Below, in pieces: positions 1 to 12,732 of a stretch of DNA of 64,000 bases. The stretch's first letter is position 1; every line of letters starts with the position of its first letter. The notes below the pieces were generated by a model. It saw only the letters and a list, made by a program, of their open reading frames with translations. It searched no databases and had not been told where the DNA came from. This DNA is from Balanoglossus misakiensis (lineage: Eukaryota; Animalia; Hemichordata): contig CM082597.2 of assembly GCA_040954595.2 (NCBI GenBank), positions 1,748,422 to 1,812,421 on the forward strand, read 5' to 3'. A program made the position numbers and the translations under genes.

Positions 1-3000
1 CATGGTTTTTGTCGAAAAACCGCGAATTTTCGAGTTGCCGAATTTCGCGATTTTCGGCCGATTTGAACATTTTTCATGGGTTAACCATCATGGTTTTTGT
101 CGAAAAACCGCGAATTTTCGAGTTGCCGAATTTCGAGATTTTCGGCCGATTTGAACATTTTTCATGGGTTAACCATCATGGTTTTTGTCGAAAAACCGCG
201 AATTTTCGAGTTGCCGAATTTCGCGATTTTCGGCCGATTTGAACATTTTTCATGGGTTAACCATCATGGTTTTTGTCGAAAAACCGCGAATTTTCGAGTT
301 GCCGAATTTCGCGATTTTCGGCCGATTTGAACATTTTTCATGGGTTAACCATCATGGTTTTTGTCGAAAAACCGCGAATTTTCGAGTTGCCGAATTTCGC
401 GATTTTCGGCCGATTTGAACATTTTTCATGGGTTAACCATCATGGTTTTTGTCGAAAAACCGCGAATTTTCGAGTTGCCGAATTTCGCGATTTTCGGCCG
501 ATTTGAACATTTTTCATGGGTTAACCATCATGGTTTTAGTCGAAAAACCGCGAATTTTCGAGTTGCCGAATTTCGCGATTTTCGGCCGATTTGAACATTT
601 TTCATGGGTTAACCATCATGGTTTTTGTCGAAAAACCGCGAATTTTCGAGTTGCCGAATTTCGCGATTTTCGGCCGATTTGAACATTTTTCATGGGTTAA
701 CCATCATGGTTTTTGTCGAAAAACCGCGAATTTTCGAGTTGCCGAATTTCGCGATTTTCGGCCGATTTGAACATTTTTCATGGGTTAACCATCATGGTTT
801 TTGTCGAAAAACCGCGAATTTTCGAGTTGCCGAATTTCGCGATTTTCGGCCGATTTGAACATTTTTCATGGGTTAACCATCATGGTTTTTGTCGAAAAAC
901 CGCGAATTTTCGAGATGCCGAATTTCGCGATTTTCGGCCGATTTGAACATTTTTCATGGGTTAACCATCATGGTTTTTGTCGAAAAACCGCGAATTTTCG
1001 AGTTGCCGAATTTCGCGATTTTCGGCCGATTTGAACATTTTTCATGGGTTAACCATCATGGTTTTTGTCGAAAAACCGCGAATTTTCGAGTTGCCGAATT
1101 TCGCGATTTTCGGCCGATTTGAACATTTTTCATGGGTTAACCATCATGGTTTTTGTCGAAAAACCGCGAATTTTCGAGTTGCCGAATTTCGCGATTTTCG
1201 GCCGATTTGAACATTTTTCATGGGTTAACCATCATGGTTTTTGTCGAAAAACCGCGAATTTTCGAGTTGCCGAATTTCGCGATTTTCGGCCGATTTGAAC
1301 ATTTTTCATGGGTTAACCATCATGGTTTTTGTCGAAAAACCGCGAATTTTCGAGTTGCCGAATTTCGCGATTTTCGGCCGATTTGAACATTTTTCATGGG
1401 TTAACCATCATGGTTTTTGTCGAAAAACCGCGAATTTTCGAGTTGCCGAATTTCGCGATTTTCGGCCGATTTGAACATTTTTCATGGGTTAACCATCATG
1501 GTTTTTGTCGAAAAACCGCGAATTTTCGAGTTGCCGAATTTCGCGATTTTCGGCCGATTTGAACATTTTTCATGGGTTAACCATCATGGTTTTTGTCGAA
1601 AAACCGCGAATTTTCGAGTTGCCGAATTTCGCGATTTTCGGCCGATTTGAACATTTTTCATGGGTTAACCATCATGGTTTTTGTCGAAAAACCGCGAATT
1701 TTCGAGTTGCCGAATTTCGCGATTTTCGGCCGATTTGAACATTTTTCATGGGTTAACCATCATGGTTTTTGTCGAAAAACCGCGAATTTTCGAGTTGCCG
1801 AATTTCGCGATTTTCGGCCGATTTGAACATTTTTCATGGGTTAACCATCATGGTTTTTGTCGAAAAACCGCGAATTTTCGAGTTGCCGAATTTCGCGATT
1901 TTCGGCCGATTTGAACATTTTTCATGGGTTAACCATCATGGTTTTTGTCGAAAAACCGCGAATTTTCGAGTTGCCGAATTTCGCGATTTTCGGCCGATTT
2001 GAACATTTTTCATGGGTTAACCATCATGGTTTTTGTCGAAAAACCGCGAATTTTCGAGTTGCCGAATTTCGCGATTTTCGGCCGATTGGAACATTTTTCA
2101 TGGGTTAACCATCATGGTTTTTGTCGAAAAACCGCGAATTTTCGAGTTGCCGAATTTCGCGATTTTCGGCCGATTTGAACATTTTTCATGGGTTAACCAT
2201 CATGGTTTTTGTCGAAAAACCGCGAATTTTCGAGTTGCCGAATTTCGCGATTTTCGGCCGATTTGAACATTTTTCATGGGTTAACCATCATGGTTTTTGT
2301 CGAAAAACCGCGAATTTTCGAGTTGCCGAATTTCGCGATTTTCGGCCGATTTGAACATTTTTCATGGGTTAACCATCATGGTTTTTGTCGAAAAACCGCG
2401 AATTTTCGAGTTGCCGAATTTCGCGATTTTCGGCCGATTTGAACATTTTTCATGGGTTAACCATCATGGTTTTTGTCGAAAAACCGCGAATTTTCGAGTT
2501 GCCGAATTTCGCGATTTTCGGCCGATTTGAAAATTTTTCATGGGTTAACCATCATGGTTTTTGTCGAAAAACCGCGAATTTTCGAGTTGCCGAATTTCGC
2601 GATTTTCGGCCGATTTGAACATTTTTCATGGGTTAACCATCATGGTTTTTGTCGAAAAACCGCGAATTTTCGAGTTGCCGAATTTCGAGATTTTCGGCCG
2701 ATTTGAACATTTTTCATGGGTTAACCATCATGGTTTTTGTCGAAAAACCGCGAATTTTCGAGTTGCCGAATTTCGCGATTTTCGGCCGATTTGAACATTT
2801 TTCATGGGTTAACCATCATGGTTTTTGTCGAAAAACCGCGAATTTTCGAGTTGCCGAATTTCGCGATTTTCGGCCGATTTGAACATTTTTCATGGGTTAA
2901 CCATCATGGTTTTTGTCGAAAAACCGCGAATTTTCGAGTTGCCGAATTTCGCGATTTTCGGCCGATTTGAACATTTTTCATGGGTTAACCATCATGGTTT

Positions 3001-6000
3001 TTGTCGAAAAACCGCGAATTTTCGAGTTGCCGAATTTCGCGATTTTCGGCCGATTTGAACATTTTTCATGGGTTAACCATCATGGTTTTTGTCGAAAAAC
3101 CGCGAATTTTCGAGTTGCCGAATTTCGCGATTTTCGGCCGATTTGAACATTTTTCATGGGTTAACCATCATGGTTTTTGTCGAAAAACCGCGAATTTTCG
3201 AGTTGCCGAATTTCGCGATTTTCGGCCGATTTGAACATTTTTCATGGGTTAACCATCATGGTTTTTGTCGAAAAACCGCGAATTTTCGAGTTGCCGAATT
3301 TCGCGATTTTCGGCCGATTTGAACATTTTTCATGGGTTAACCATCATGGTTTTTGTCGAAAAACCGCGAATTTTCGAGTTGCCGAATTTCGCGATTTTCG
3401 GCCGATTTGAACATTTTTCATGGGTTAACCATCATGGTTTTTGTCGAAAAACCGCGAATTTTCGAGTTGCCGAATTTCGCGATTTTCGGCCGATTTGAAC
3501 ATTTTTCATGGGTTAACCATCATGGTTTTTGTCGAAAAACCGCGAATTTTCGAGTTGCCGAATTTCGCGATTTTCGGCCGATTTGAACATTTTTCATGGG
3601 TTAACCATCATGGTTTTTGTCGAAAAACCGCGAATTTTCGAGTTGCCGAATTTCGCGATTTTCGGCCGATTTGAACATTTTTTCATGGGTTAACCATCAT
3701 GGTTTTTGTCGAAAAACCGCGAATTTTCGAGTTGCCGAATTTCGCGATTTTCGGCCGATTTGAACATTTTTTCATGGGTTAACCATCATGGTTTTTGTCG
3801 AAAAACCGCGAATTTTCGAGTTGCCGAATTTCGCGATTTTCGGCCGATTTGAACATTTTTCATGGGTTAACCATCATGGTTTTTGTCGAAAAACCGCGAA
3901 TTTTCGAGTTGCCGAATTTCGCGATTTTCGGCCGATTTGAACATTTTTCATGGGTTAACCATCATGGTTTTTGTCGAAAAACCGCGAATTTTCGAGTTGC
4001 CGAATTTCGCGATTTTCGGCCGATTTGAACATTTTTCATGGGTTAACCATCATGGTTTTTGTCGAAAAACCGCGAATTTTCGAGTTGCCGAATTTCGCGA
4101 TTTTCGGCCGATTTGAACATTTTTCATGGGTTAACCATCATGGTTTTTGTCGAAAAACCGCGAATTTTCGAGTTGCCGAATTTCGCGATTTTCGGCCGAT
4201 TTGAACATTTTTCATGGGTTAACCATCATGGTTTTTGTCGAAAAACCGCGAATTTTCGAGTTGCCGAATTTCGCGATTTTCGGCCGATTTGAACATTTTT
4301 CATGGGTTAACCATCATGGTTTTTGTCGAAAAACCGCGAATTTTCGAGTTGCCGAATTTCGCGATTTTCGGCCGATTTGAACATTTTTTCATGGGTTAAC
4401 CATCATGGTTTTTGTCGAAAAACCGCGAATTTTCGAGTTGCCGAATTTCGCGATTTTCGGCCGATTTGAACATTTTTCATGGGTTAACCATCATGGTTTT
4501 TGTCGAAAAACCGCGAATTTTCGAGTTGCCGAATTTCGCGATTTTCGGCCGATTTGAACATTTTTCATGGGTTAACCATCATGGTTTTTGTCGAAAAACC
4601 GCGAATTTTCGAGTTGCCGAATTTCGCGATTTTCGGCCGATTTGAACATTTTTCATGGGTTAACCATCATGGTTTTTGTCGAAAAACCGCGAATTTTCGA
4701 GTTGCCGAATTTCGCGATTTTCGGCCGATTTGAACATTTTTCATGGGTTAACCATCATGGTTTTTGTCGAAAAACCGCGAATTTTCGAGTTGCCGAATTT
4801 CGCGATTTTCGGCCGATTTGAACATTTTTCATGGGTTAACCATCATGGTTTTTGTCGAAAAACCGCGAATTTTCGAGTTGCCGAATTTCGCGATTTTCGG
4901 CCGATTTGAACATTTTTCATGGGTTAACCATCATGGTTTTTGTCGAAAAACCGCGAATTTTCGAGTTGCCGAATTTCGCGATTTTCGGCCGATTTGAACA
5001 TTTTTCATGGGTTAACCATCATGGTTTTTGTCGAAAAACCGCGAATTTTCGAGTTGCCGAATTTCGCGATTTTCGGCCGATTTGAACATTTTTCATGGGT
5101 TAACCATCATGGTTTTTGTCGAAAAACCGCGAATTTTCGAGTTGCCGAATTTCGAGATTTTCGGCCGATTTGAACATTTTTCATGGGTTAACCATCATGG
5201 TTTTTGTCGAAAAACCGCGAATTTTCGAGTTGCCGAATTTCGCGATTTTCGGCCGATTTGAACATTTTTCATGGGTTAACCATCATGGTTTTTGTCGAAA
5301 AACCGCGAATTTTCGAGTTGCCGAATTTCGCGATTTTCGGCCGATTTGAACATTTTTCATGGGTTAACCATCATGGTTTTTGTCGAAAAACCGCGAATTT
5401 TCGAGTTGCCGAATTTCGCGATTTTCGGCCGATTTGAACATTTTTCATGGGTTAACCATCATGGTTTTTGTCGAAAAACCGCGAATTTTCGAGTTGCCGA
5501 ATTTCGCGATTTTCGGCCGATTTGAACATTTTTCATGGGTTAACCATCATGGTTTTTGTCGAAAAACCGCGAATTTTCGAGTTGCCGAATTTCGAGATTT
5601 TCGGCCGATTTGAACATTTTTCATGGGTTAACCATCATGGTTTTTGTCGAAAAACCGCGAATTTTCGAGTTGCCGAATTTCGCGATTTTCGGCCGATTTG
5701 AACATTTTTCATGGGTTAACCATCATGGTTTTTGTCGAAAAAACCGCGAATTTTCGAGTTGCCGAATTTCGCGATTTTCGGCCGATTTGAACATTTTTCA
5801 TGGGTTAACCATCATGGTTTTTGTCGAAAAACCGCGAATTTTCGAGTTGCCGAATTTCGCGATTTTCGGCCGATTTGAACATTTTTCATGGGTTAACCAT
5901 CATGGTTTTTGTCGAAAAACCGCGAATTTTCGAGTTGCCGAATTTCGCGATTTTCGGCCGATTTGAACATTTTTCATGGGTTAACCATCATGGTTTTAGT

Positions 6001-9000
6001 CGAAAAACCGCGAATTTTCGAGTTGCCGAATTTCGCGATTTTCGGCCGATTTGAACATTTTTCATGGGTTAACCATCATGGTTTTTGTCGAAAAACCGCG
6101 AATTTTCGAGTTGCCGAATTTCGCGATTTTCGGCCGATTTGAACATTTTTCATGGGTTAACCATCATGGTTTTTGTCGAAAAACCGCGAATTTTCGAGTT
6201 GCCGAATTTCGCGATTTTCGGCCGATTTGAACATTTTTCATGGGTTAACCATCATGGTTTTTGTCGAAAAACCGCGAATTTTCGAGTTGCCGAATTTCGC
6301 GATTTTCGGCCGATTTGAACATTTTTCATGGGTTAACCATCATGGTTTTTGTCGAAAAACCGCGAATTTTCGAGATGCCGAATTTCGCGATTTTCGGCCG
6401 ATTTGAACATTTTTCATGGGTTAACCATCATGGTTTTTGTCGAAAAACCGCGAATTTTCGAGTTGCCGAATTTCGCGATTTTCGGCCGATTTGAACATTT
6501 TTCATGGGTTAACCATCATGGTTTTTGTCGAAAAACCGCGAATTTTCGAGTTGCCGAATTTCGCGATTTTCGGCCGATTTGAACATTTTTCATGGGTTAA
6601 CCATCATGGTTTTTGTCGAAAAACCGCGAATTTTCGAGTTGCCGAATTTCGCGATTTTCGGCCGATTTGAACATTTTTCATGGGTTAACCATCATGGTTT
6701 TTGTCGAAAAACCGCGAATTTTCGAGTTGCCGAATTTCGCGATTTTCGGCCGATTTGAACATTTTTCATGGGTTAACCATCATGGTTTTTGTCGAAAAAC
6801 CGCGAATTTTCGAGTTGCCGAATTTCGCGATTTTCGGCCGATTTGAACATTTTTCATGGGTTAACCATCATGGTTTTTGTCGAAAAACCGCGAATTTTCG
6901 AGTTGCCGAATTTCGCGATTTTCGGCCGATTTGAACATTTTTCATGGGTTAACCATCATGGTTTTTGTCGAAAAACCGCGAATTTTCGAGTTGCCGAATT
7001 TCGCGATTTTCGGCCGATTTGAACATTTTTCATGGGTTAACCATCATGGTTTTTTGTCGAAAAACCGCGAATTTTCGAGTTGCCGAATTTCGCGATTTTC
7101 GGCCGATTTGAACATTTTTCATGGGTTAACCATCATGGTTTTTGTCGAAAAACCGCGAATTTTCGAGTTGCCGAATTTCGCGATTTTCGGCCGATTTGAA
7201 CATTTTTCATGGGTTAACCATCATGGTTTTTGTCGAAAAACCGCGAATTTTCGAGTTGCCGAATTTCGCGATTTTCGGCCGATTTGAACATTTTTCATGG
7301 GTTAACCATCATGGTTTTTGTCGAAAAACCGCGAATTTTCGAGTTGCCGAATTTCGCGATTTTCGGCCGATTTGAACATTTTTCATGGGTTAACCATCAT
7401 GGTTTTTGTCGAAAAACCGCGAATTTTCGAGTTGCCGAATTTCGCGATTTTCGGCCGATTTGAACATTTTTCATGGGTTAACCATCATGGTTTTTGTCGA
7501 AAAACCGCGAATTTTCGAGTTGCCGAATTTCGCGATTTTCGGCCGATTGGAACATTTTTCATGGGTTAACCATCATGGTTTTTGTCGAAAAACCGCGAAT
7601 TTTCGAGTTGCCGAATTTCGCGATTTTCGGCCGATTTGAACATTTTTCATGGGTTAACCATCATGGTTTTTGTCGAAAAACCGCGAATTTTCGAGTTGCC
7701 GAATTTCGCGATTTTCGGCCGATTTGAACATTTTTCATGGGTTAACCATCATGGTTTTTGTCGAAAAACCGCGAATTTTCGAGTTGCCGAATTTCGCGAT
7801 TTTCGGCCGATTTGAACATTTTTCATGGGTTAACCATCATGGTTTTTGTCGAAAAACCGCGAATTTTCGAGTTGCCGAATTTCGCGATTTTCGGCCGATT
7901 TGAACATTTTTCATGGGTTAACCATCATGGTTTTTGTCGAAAAACCGCGAATTTTCGAGTTGCCGAATTTCGCGATTTTCGGCCGATTTGAACATTTTTC
8001 ATGGGTTAACCATCATGGTTTTTGTCGAAAAACCGCGAATTTTCGAGTTGCCGAATTTCGCGATTTTCGGCCGATTTGAACATTTTTCATGGGTTAACCA
8101 TCATGGTTTTTGTCGAAAAACCGCGAATTTTCGAGTTGCCGAATTTCGAGATTTTCGGCCGATTTGAACATTTTTCATGGGTTAACCATCATGGTTTTTG
8201 TCGAAAAACCGCGAATTTTCGAGTTGCCGAATTTCGCGATTTTCGGCCGATTTGAACATTTTTCATGGGTTAACCATCATGGTTTTTGTCGAAAAACCGC
8301 GAATTTTCGAGTTGCCGAATTTCGCGATTTTCGGCCGATTTGAACATTTTTCATGGGTTAACCATCATGGTTTTTGTCGAAAAACCGCGAATTTTCGAGT
8401 TGCCGAATTTCGCGATTTTCGGCCGATTTGAACATTTTTCATGGGTTAACCATCATGGTTTTTGTCGAAAAACCGCGAATTTTCGAGTTGCCGAATTTCG
8501 CGATTTTCGGCCGATTTGAACATTTTTCATGGGTTAACCATCATGGTTTTTGTCGAAAAACCGCGAATTTTCGAGTTGCCGAATTTCGCGATTTTCGGCC
8601 GATTTGAACATTTTTCATGGGTTAACCATCATGGTTTTTGTCGAAAAACCGCGAATTTTCGAGTTGCCGAATTTCGCGATTTTCGGCCGATTTGAACATT
8701 TTTCATGGGTTAACCATCATGGTTTTTGTCGAAAAACCGCGAATTTTCGAGTTGCCGAATTTCGCGATTTTCGGCCGATTTGAACATTTTTCATGGGTTA
8801 ACCATCATGGTTTTTGTCGAAAAACCGCGAATTTTCGAGTTGCCGAATTTCGCGATTTTCGGCCGATTTGAACATTTTTCATGGGTTAACCATCATGGTT
8901 TTTGTCGAAAAACCGCGAATTTTCGAGTTGCCGAATTTCGCGATTTTCGGCCGATTTGAACATTTTTCATGGGTTAACCATCATGGTTTTTGTCGAAAAA

Positions 9001-11524
9001 CCGCGAATTTTCGAGTTGCCGAATTTCGCGATTTTCGGCCGATTTGAACATTTTTCATGGGTTAACCATCATGGTTTTTGTCGAAAAACCGCGAATTTTC
9101 GAGTTGCCGAATTTCGCGATTTTCGGCCGATTTGAACATTTTTTCATGGGTTAACCATCATGGTTTTTGTCGAAAAACCGCGAATTTTCGAGTTGCCGAA
9201 TTTCGCGATTTTCGGCCGATTTGAACATTTTTTCATGGGTTAACCATCATGGTTTTTGTCGAAAAACCGCGAATTTTCGAGTTGCCGAATTTCGCGATTT
9301 TCGGCCGATTTGAACATTTTTCATGGGTTAACCATCATGGTTTTTGTCGAAAAACCGCGAATTTTCGAGTTGCCGAATTTCGCGATTTTCGGCCGATTTG
9401 AACATTTTTCATGGGTTAACCATCATGGTTTTTGTCGAAAAACCGCGAATTTTCGAGTTGCCGAATTTCGCGATTTTCGGCCGATTTGAACATTTTTCAT
9501 GGGTTAACCATCATGGTTTTTGTCGAAAAACCGCGAATTTTCGAGTTGCCGAATTTCGCGATTTTCGGCCGATTTGAACATTTTTCATGGGTTAACCATC
9601 ATGGTTTTTGTCGAAAAACCGCGAATTTTCGAGTTGCCGAATTTCGCGATTTTCGGCCGATTTGAACATTTTTCATGGGTTAACCATCATGGTTTTTGTC
9701 GAAAAACCGCGAATTTTCGAGTTGCCGAATTTCGCGATTTTCGGCCGATTTGAACATTTTTCATGGGTTAACCATCATGGTTTTTGTCGAAAAACCGCGA
9801 ATTTTCGAGTTGCCGAATTTCGAGATTTTCGGCCGATTTGAACATTTTTCATGGGTTAACCATCATGGTTTTTGTCGAAAAACCGCGAATTTTCGAGTTG
9901 CCGAATTTCGAGATTTTCGGCCGATTTGAACATTTTTCATGGGTTAACCATCATGGTTTTTGTCGAAAAACCGCGAATTTTCGAGTTGCCGAATTTCGAG
10001 ATTTTCGGCCGATTTGAACATTTTTCATGGGTTAACCATCATGGTTTTTGTCGAAAACCGCGAATTTTCGAGTTGCCGAATTTCGCGATTTTCGGCCGAT
10101 TTGAACATTTTTCATGGGTTAACCATCATGGTTTTTGTCGAAAAACCGCGAATTTTCGAGTTGCCGAATTTCGCGATTTTCGGCCGATTTGAACATTTTT
10201 CATGGGTTAACCATCATGGTTTTTGTCGAAAAACCGCAAATTTTCGAGTTGCCGAATTTCGCGATTTTCGGCCGATTTGAACATTTTTCATGGGTTAACC
10301 ATCATGGTTTTTGTCGAAAAACCGCGAATTTTCGAGTTGCCGAATTTCGCGATTTTCGGCCGATTTGAACATTTTTCATGGGTTAACCATCATGGTTTTT
10401 GTCGAAAAACCGCGAATTTTCGAGTTGCCGAATTTCGCGATTTTCGGCCGATTTGAACATTTTTCATGGGTTAACCATCATGGTTTTTGTCGAAAAACCG
10501 CGAATTTTCGAGTTGCCGAATTTCGCGATTTTCGGCCGATTTGAACATTTTTCATGGGTTAACCATCATGGTTTTTGTCGAAAAACCGCGAATTTTCGAG
10601 TTGCCGAATTTCGCGATTTTCGGCCGATTTGAACATTTTTCATGGGTTAACCATCATGGTTTTTGTCGAAAAACCGCGAATTTTCGAGTTGCCGAATTTC
10701 GCGATTTTCGGCCGATTTGAACATTTTTTCATGGGTTAACCATCATGGTTTTTGTCGAAAAACCGCGAATTTTCGAGTTGCCGAATTTCGCGATTTTCGG
10801 CCGATTTGAACATTTTTCATGGGTTAACCATCATGGTTTTTGTCGAAAAACCGCGAATTTTCGAGTTGCCGAATTTCGCGATTTTCGGCCGATTTGAACA
10901 TTTTTCATGGGTTAACCATCATGGTTTTTGTCGAAAAACCGCGAATTTTCGAGTTGCCGAATTTCGCGATTTTCGGCCGATTTGAACATTTTTCATGGGT
11001 TAACCATCATGGTTTTTGTCGAAAAACCGCGAATTTTCGAGTTGCCGAATTTCGCGATTTTCGGCCGATTTGAACATTTTTCATGGGTTAACCATCATGG
11101 TTTTTGTCGAAAAACCGCGAATTTTCGAGTTGCCGAATTTCGCGATTTTCGGCCGATTTGAACATTTTTCATGGGTTAACCATCATGGTTTTTGTCGAAA
11201 AACCGCGAATTTTCGAGTTGCCGAATTTCGCGATTTTCGGCCGATTTGAACATTTTTCATGGGTTAACCATCATGGTTTTTGTCGAAAAACCGCGAATTT
11301 TCGAGTTGCCGAATTTCGAGATTTTCGGCCGATTTGAACATTTTTCATGGGTTAACCATCATGGTTTTTGTCGAAAAACCGCGAATTTTCGAGTTGCCGA
11401 ATTTCGCGATTTTCGGCCGATTTGAACATTTTTCATGGGTTAACCATCATGGTTTTTGTCGAAAAACCGCGAATTTTCGAGTTGCCGAATTTCGCGATTT
11501 TCGGCCGATTTGTACATTTTTCAT
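1..11524. repeat. 88-bp tandem satellite DNA array, about 131 monomers, truncated by the window start
   Basis: Seen directly: monomer CATGGTTTTTGTCGAAAAACCGCGAATTTTCGAGTTGCCGAATTTCGCGATTTTCGGCCGATTTGAACATTTTTCATGGGTTAACCAT repeats head-to-tail. ORF starts recur every 88 nt. Only scattered single substitutions and 1-nt homopolymer indels. The array ends abruptly at ...TGTACATTTTTCAT (11524). Confidence 0.99.
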
Positions 11525-11601
11525 TTTTAAAAATGACATGATTTAAAAAAAAAAAGACCAGTTGAATCAGCAGCTACGCCGCAACGTGTCAACGTGCGGG
11601 A

Positions 11602-11607
11602 TTTATT
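11602..11607 (-). terminator. Candidate polyadenylation signal (AATAAA) for the ORF1-like gene
   Basis: Plus TTTATT at 11602-11607, about 300 nt after the stop. On the minus strand it is followed by a T-run (plus A-run about 11545-11555) just before the satellite. Confidence 0.35.
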
Positions 11608-11909
11608 ACGAGAAAAAAGTCACGAATTGATCACACCAGGTCACAATATTCAAATAACGAAGCTAATCGATAACACACCCGGTCACGAAAAAATTAAAAC
11701 ACTTCTCCTACGTAACAGTCTGAGTACTTAAGGCTCCAGGTAATGTTCCTTCACTTCCTCAACGCATCAAAAATGAAAGATTAGTATCATGCCCATTGAT
11801 CATAATTTGTGTCGATAATTCATATAAAACGATGTCGGTATGATTCTACCCCAAACCCCAAAAGCATAAAAATCACAGACTAAAGTCCATAAATTATCCA
11901 ACTATAATT

Positions 11910-12491
11910 TTATGCCCGTTTTAGTAGCTTTCCATTTTTCCACATTACGTCTTCGTCCTTCCCGAGGAGTTTAATCAGACTCTGAAAGTTCTCTATTGCA
12001 AGTCGCGACTCTTTGGTAGTGTAAGCCTCGATCATCACATCGCCGTACTCTGGGTGCCGTCTTAACCCTTTCTTGGCGTTCATGACCTTTGACCTCTCGC
12101 TACCGTCTTCCAGGAGCACAGCGAAAACGGGCGGCGATCCGGTTTCCTTACGAGTCCTTGTTTGCATGCTGTCAACTTTGACGTCGATCTGGAGACCTTC
12201 CCGGAAAAGCTTGTCGATGGAAACTGAGATGTCCTCGTCCGCCCTCTCAGAAAAGTTCTTTATGACGATACCACGTTCGGTGGCTGCGCTCTCAAACGTT
12301 ACATCACTGTGCAATTGATGCAATGTCGCTTCCATAGAGCTTATTTTGTTCTTCAGTTCAGATAATTCCGCTGTGATGTTTTCATGGAACTCGTCTAAGT
12401 TTTGCTTGACCCCGTCCATTACCTTGCTATGGAAAGTGTTGTAATCCAACGACGAAATTGATGCCTGGTGAGATTTCGAAAAATATTGCAT
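11910..12491 (-). CDS. Intronless 193-aa protein resembling LINE (L1/L2/CR1-type) ORF1p: N-terminal coiled coil plus RRM-like/CTD region; no ORF2 follows
   Basis: Open frame 11910-12530; first ATG at 12491 (MQYFSK...). Heptad segment VKQNLDEFHENITAELSELKNKISSMEATLHQL, then RGIVIKNFSE...R...PPVFAVLL...RSKVMNAKKGLR...YGDVMIE...TKESR...WKNGKL. This matches my recollection of the NxxIxGxxE / R / RPxxV / KxL / vfI pattern of non-LTR ORF1 proteins. GC-richer than its flanks. Family call is by eye. Confidence 0.65.
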   Translation of the reverse strand: MQYFSKSHQASISSLDYNTFHSKVMDGVKQNLDEFHENITAELSELKNKISSMEATLHQLHSDVTFESAATERGIVIKNFSERADEDISVSIDKLFREGLQIDVKVDSMQTRTRKETGSPPVFAVLLEDGSERSKVMNAKKGLRRHPEYGDVMIEAYTTKESRLAIENFQSLIKLLGKDEDVMWKNGKLLKRA

Positions 12492-12719
12492 TTCACTAAA
12501 TGGAAGTTCGTTACATACATAAATACACACATAAATATGACTTCAGGCGACGTATTGTCTGGCGTCGCAATTTGATGAATTTACTTACACTTTGGCTCTG
12601 CCGTACCGAACTCCAATCACTGGTTCGGTGAAACAAGTCGAGTGCATCCACAAGAGGGGTGTGATTCTTCGAAGACAAGAGGGACTTCCCTTTGAAGGAC
12701 AAAACACAGAACGTTTGGT

Positions 12720-12732
12720 CACGTGCTTTATA
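12720..12732 (-). promoter_or_regulatory. Candidate TATA box (TATAAA) with adjacent E-box (CACGTG) upstream of the ORF1-like gene
   Basis: Plus TTTATA at 12727-12732 reads TATAAA on minus; CACGTG at 12720-12725; about 240 nt upstream of the ATG. Short motifs that could be chance. Confidence 0.25.

Noticed and set aside
1-11524. CRISPR array interpretation of the palindromic repeat
   Set aside because: No unique spacers, no cas genes, and the context is intron-containing eukaryotic DNA.
9-11546. More than 120 overlapping plus-strand 77-136 aa ORFs (MSKNREFSS...)
   Set aside because: Artefacts of an 88-bp (non-triplet) repeat cycling through three frames; TTG starts, mutual overlap, no protein-like features.
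11849-11863. CCCCAAACCCCAAAA telomere-like or G4-like motif near the satellite edge
   Set aside because: Only two imperfect units; not the metazoan TTAGGG repeat and too few G-runs for a quadruplex.
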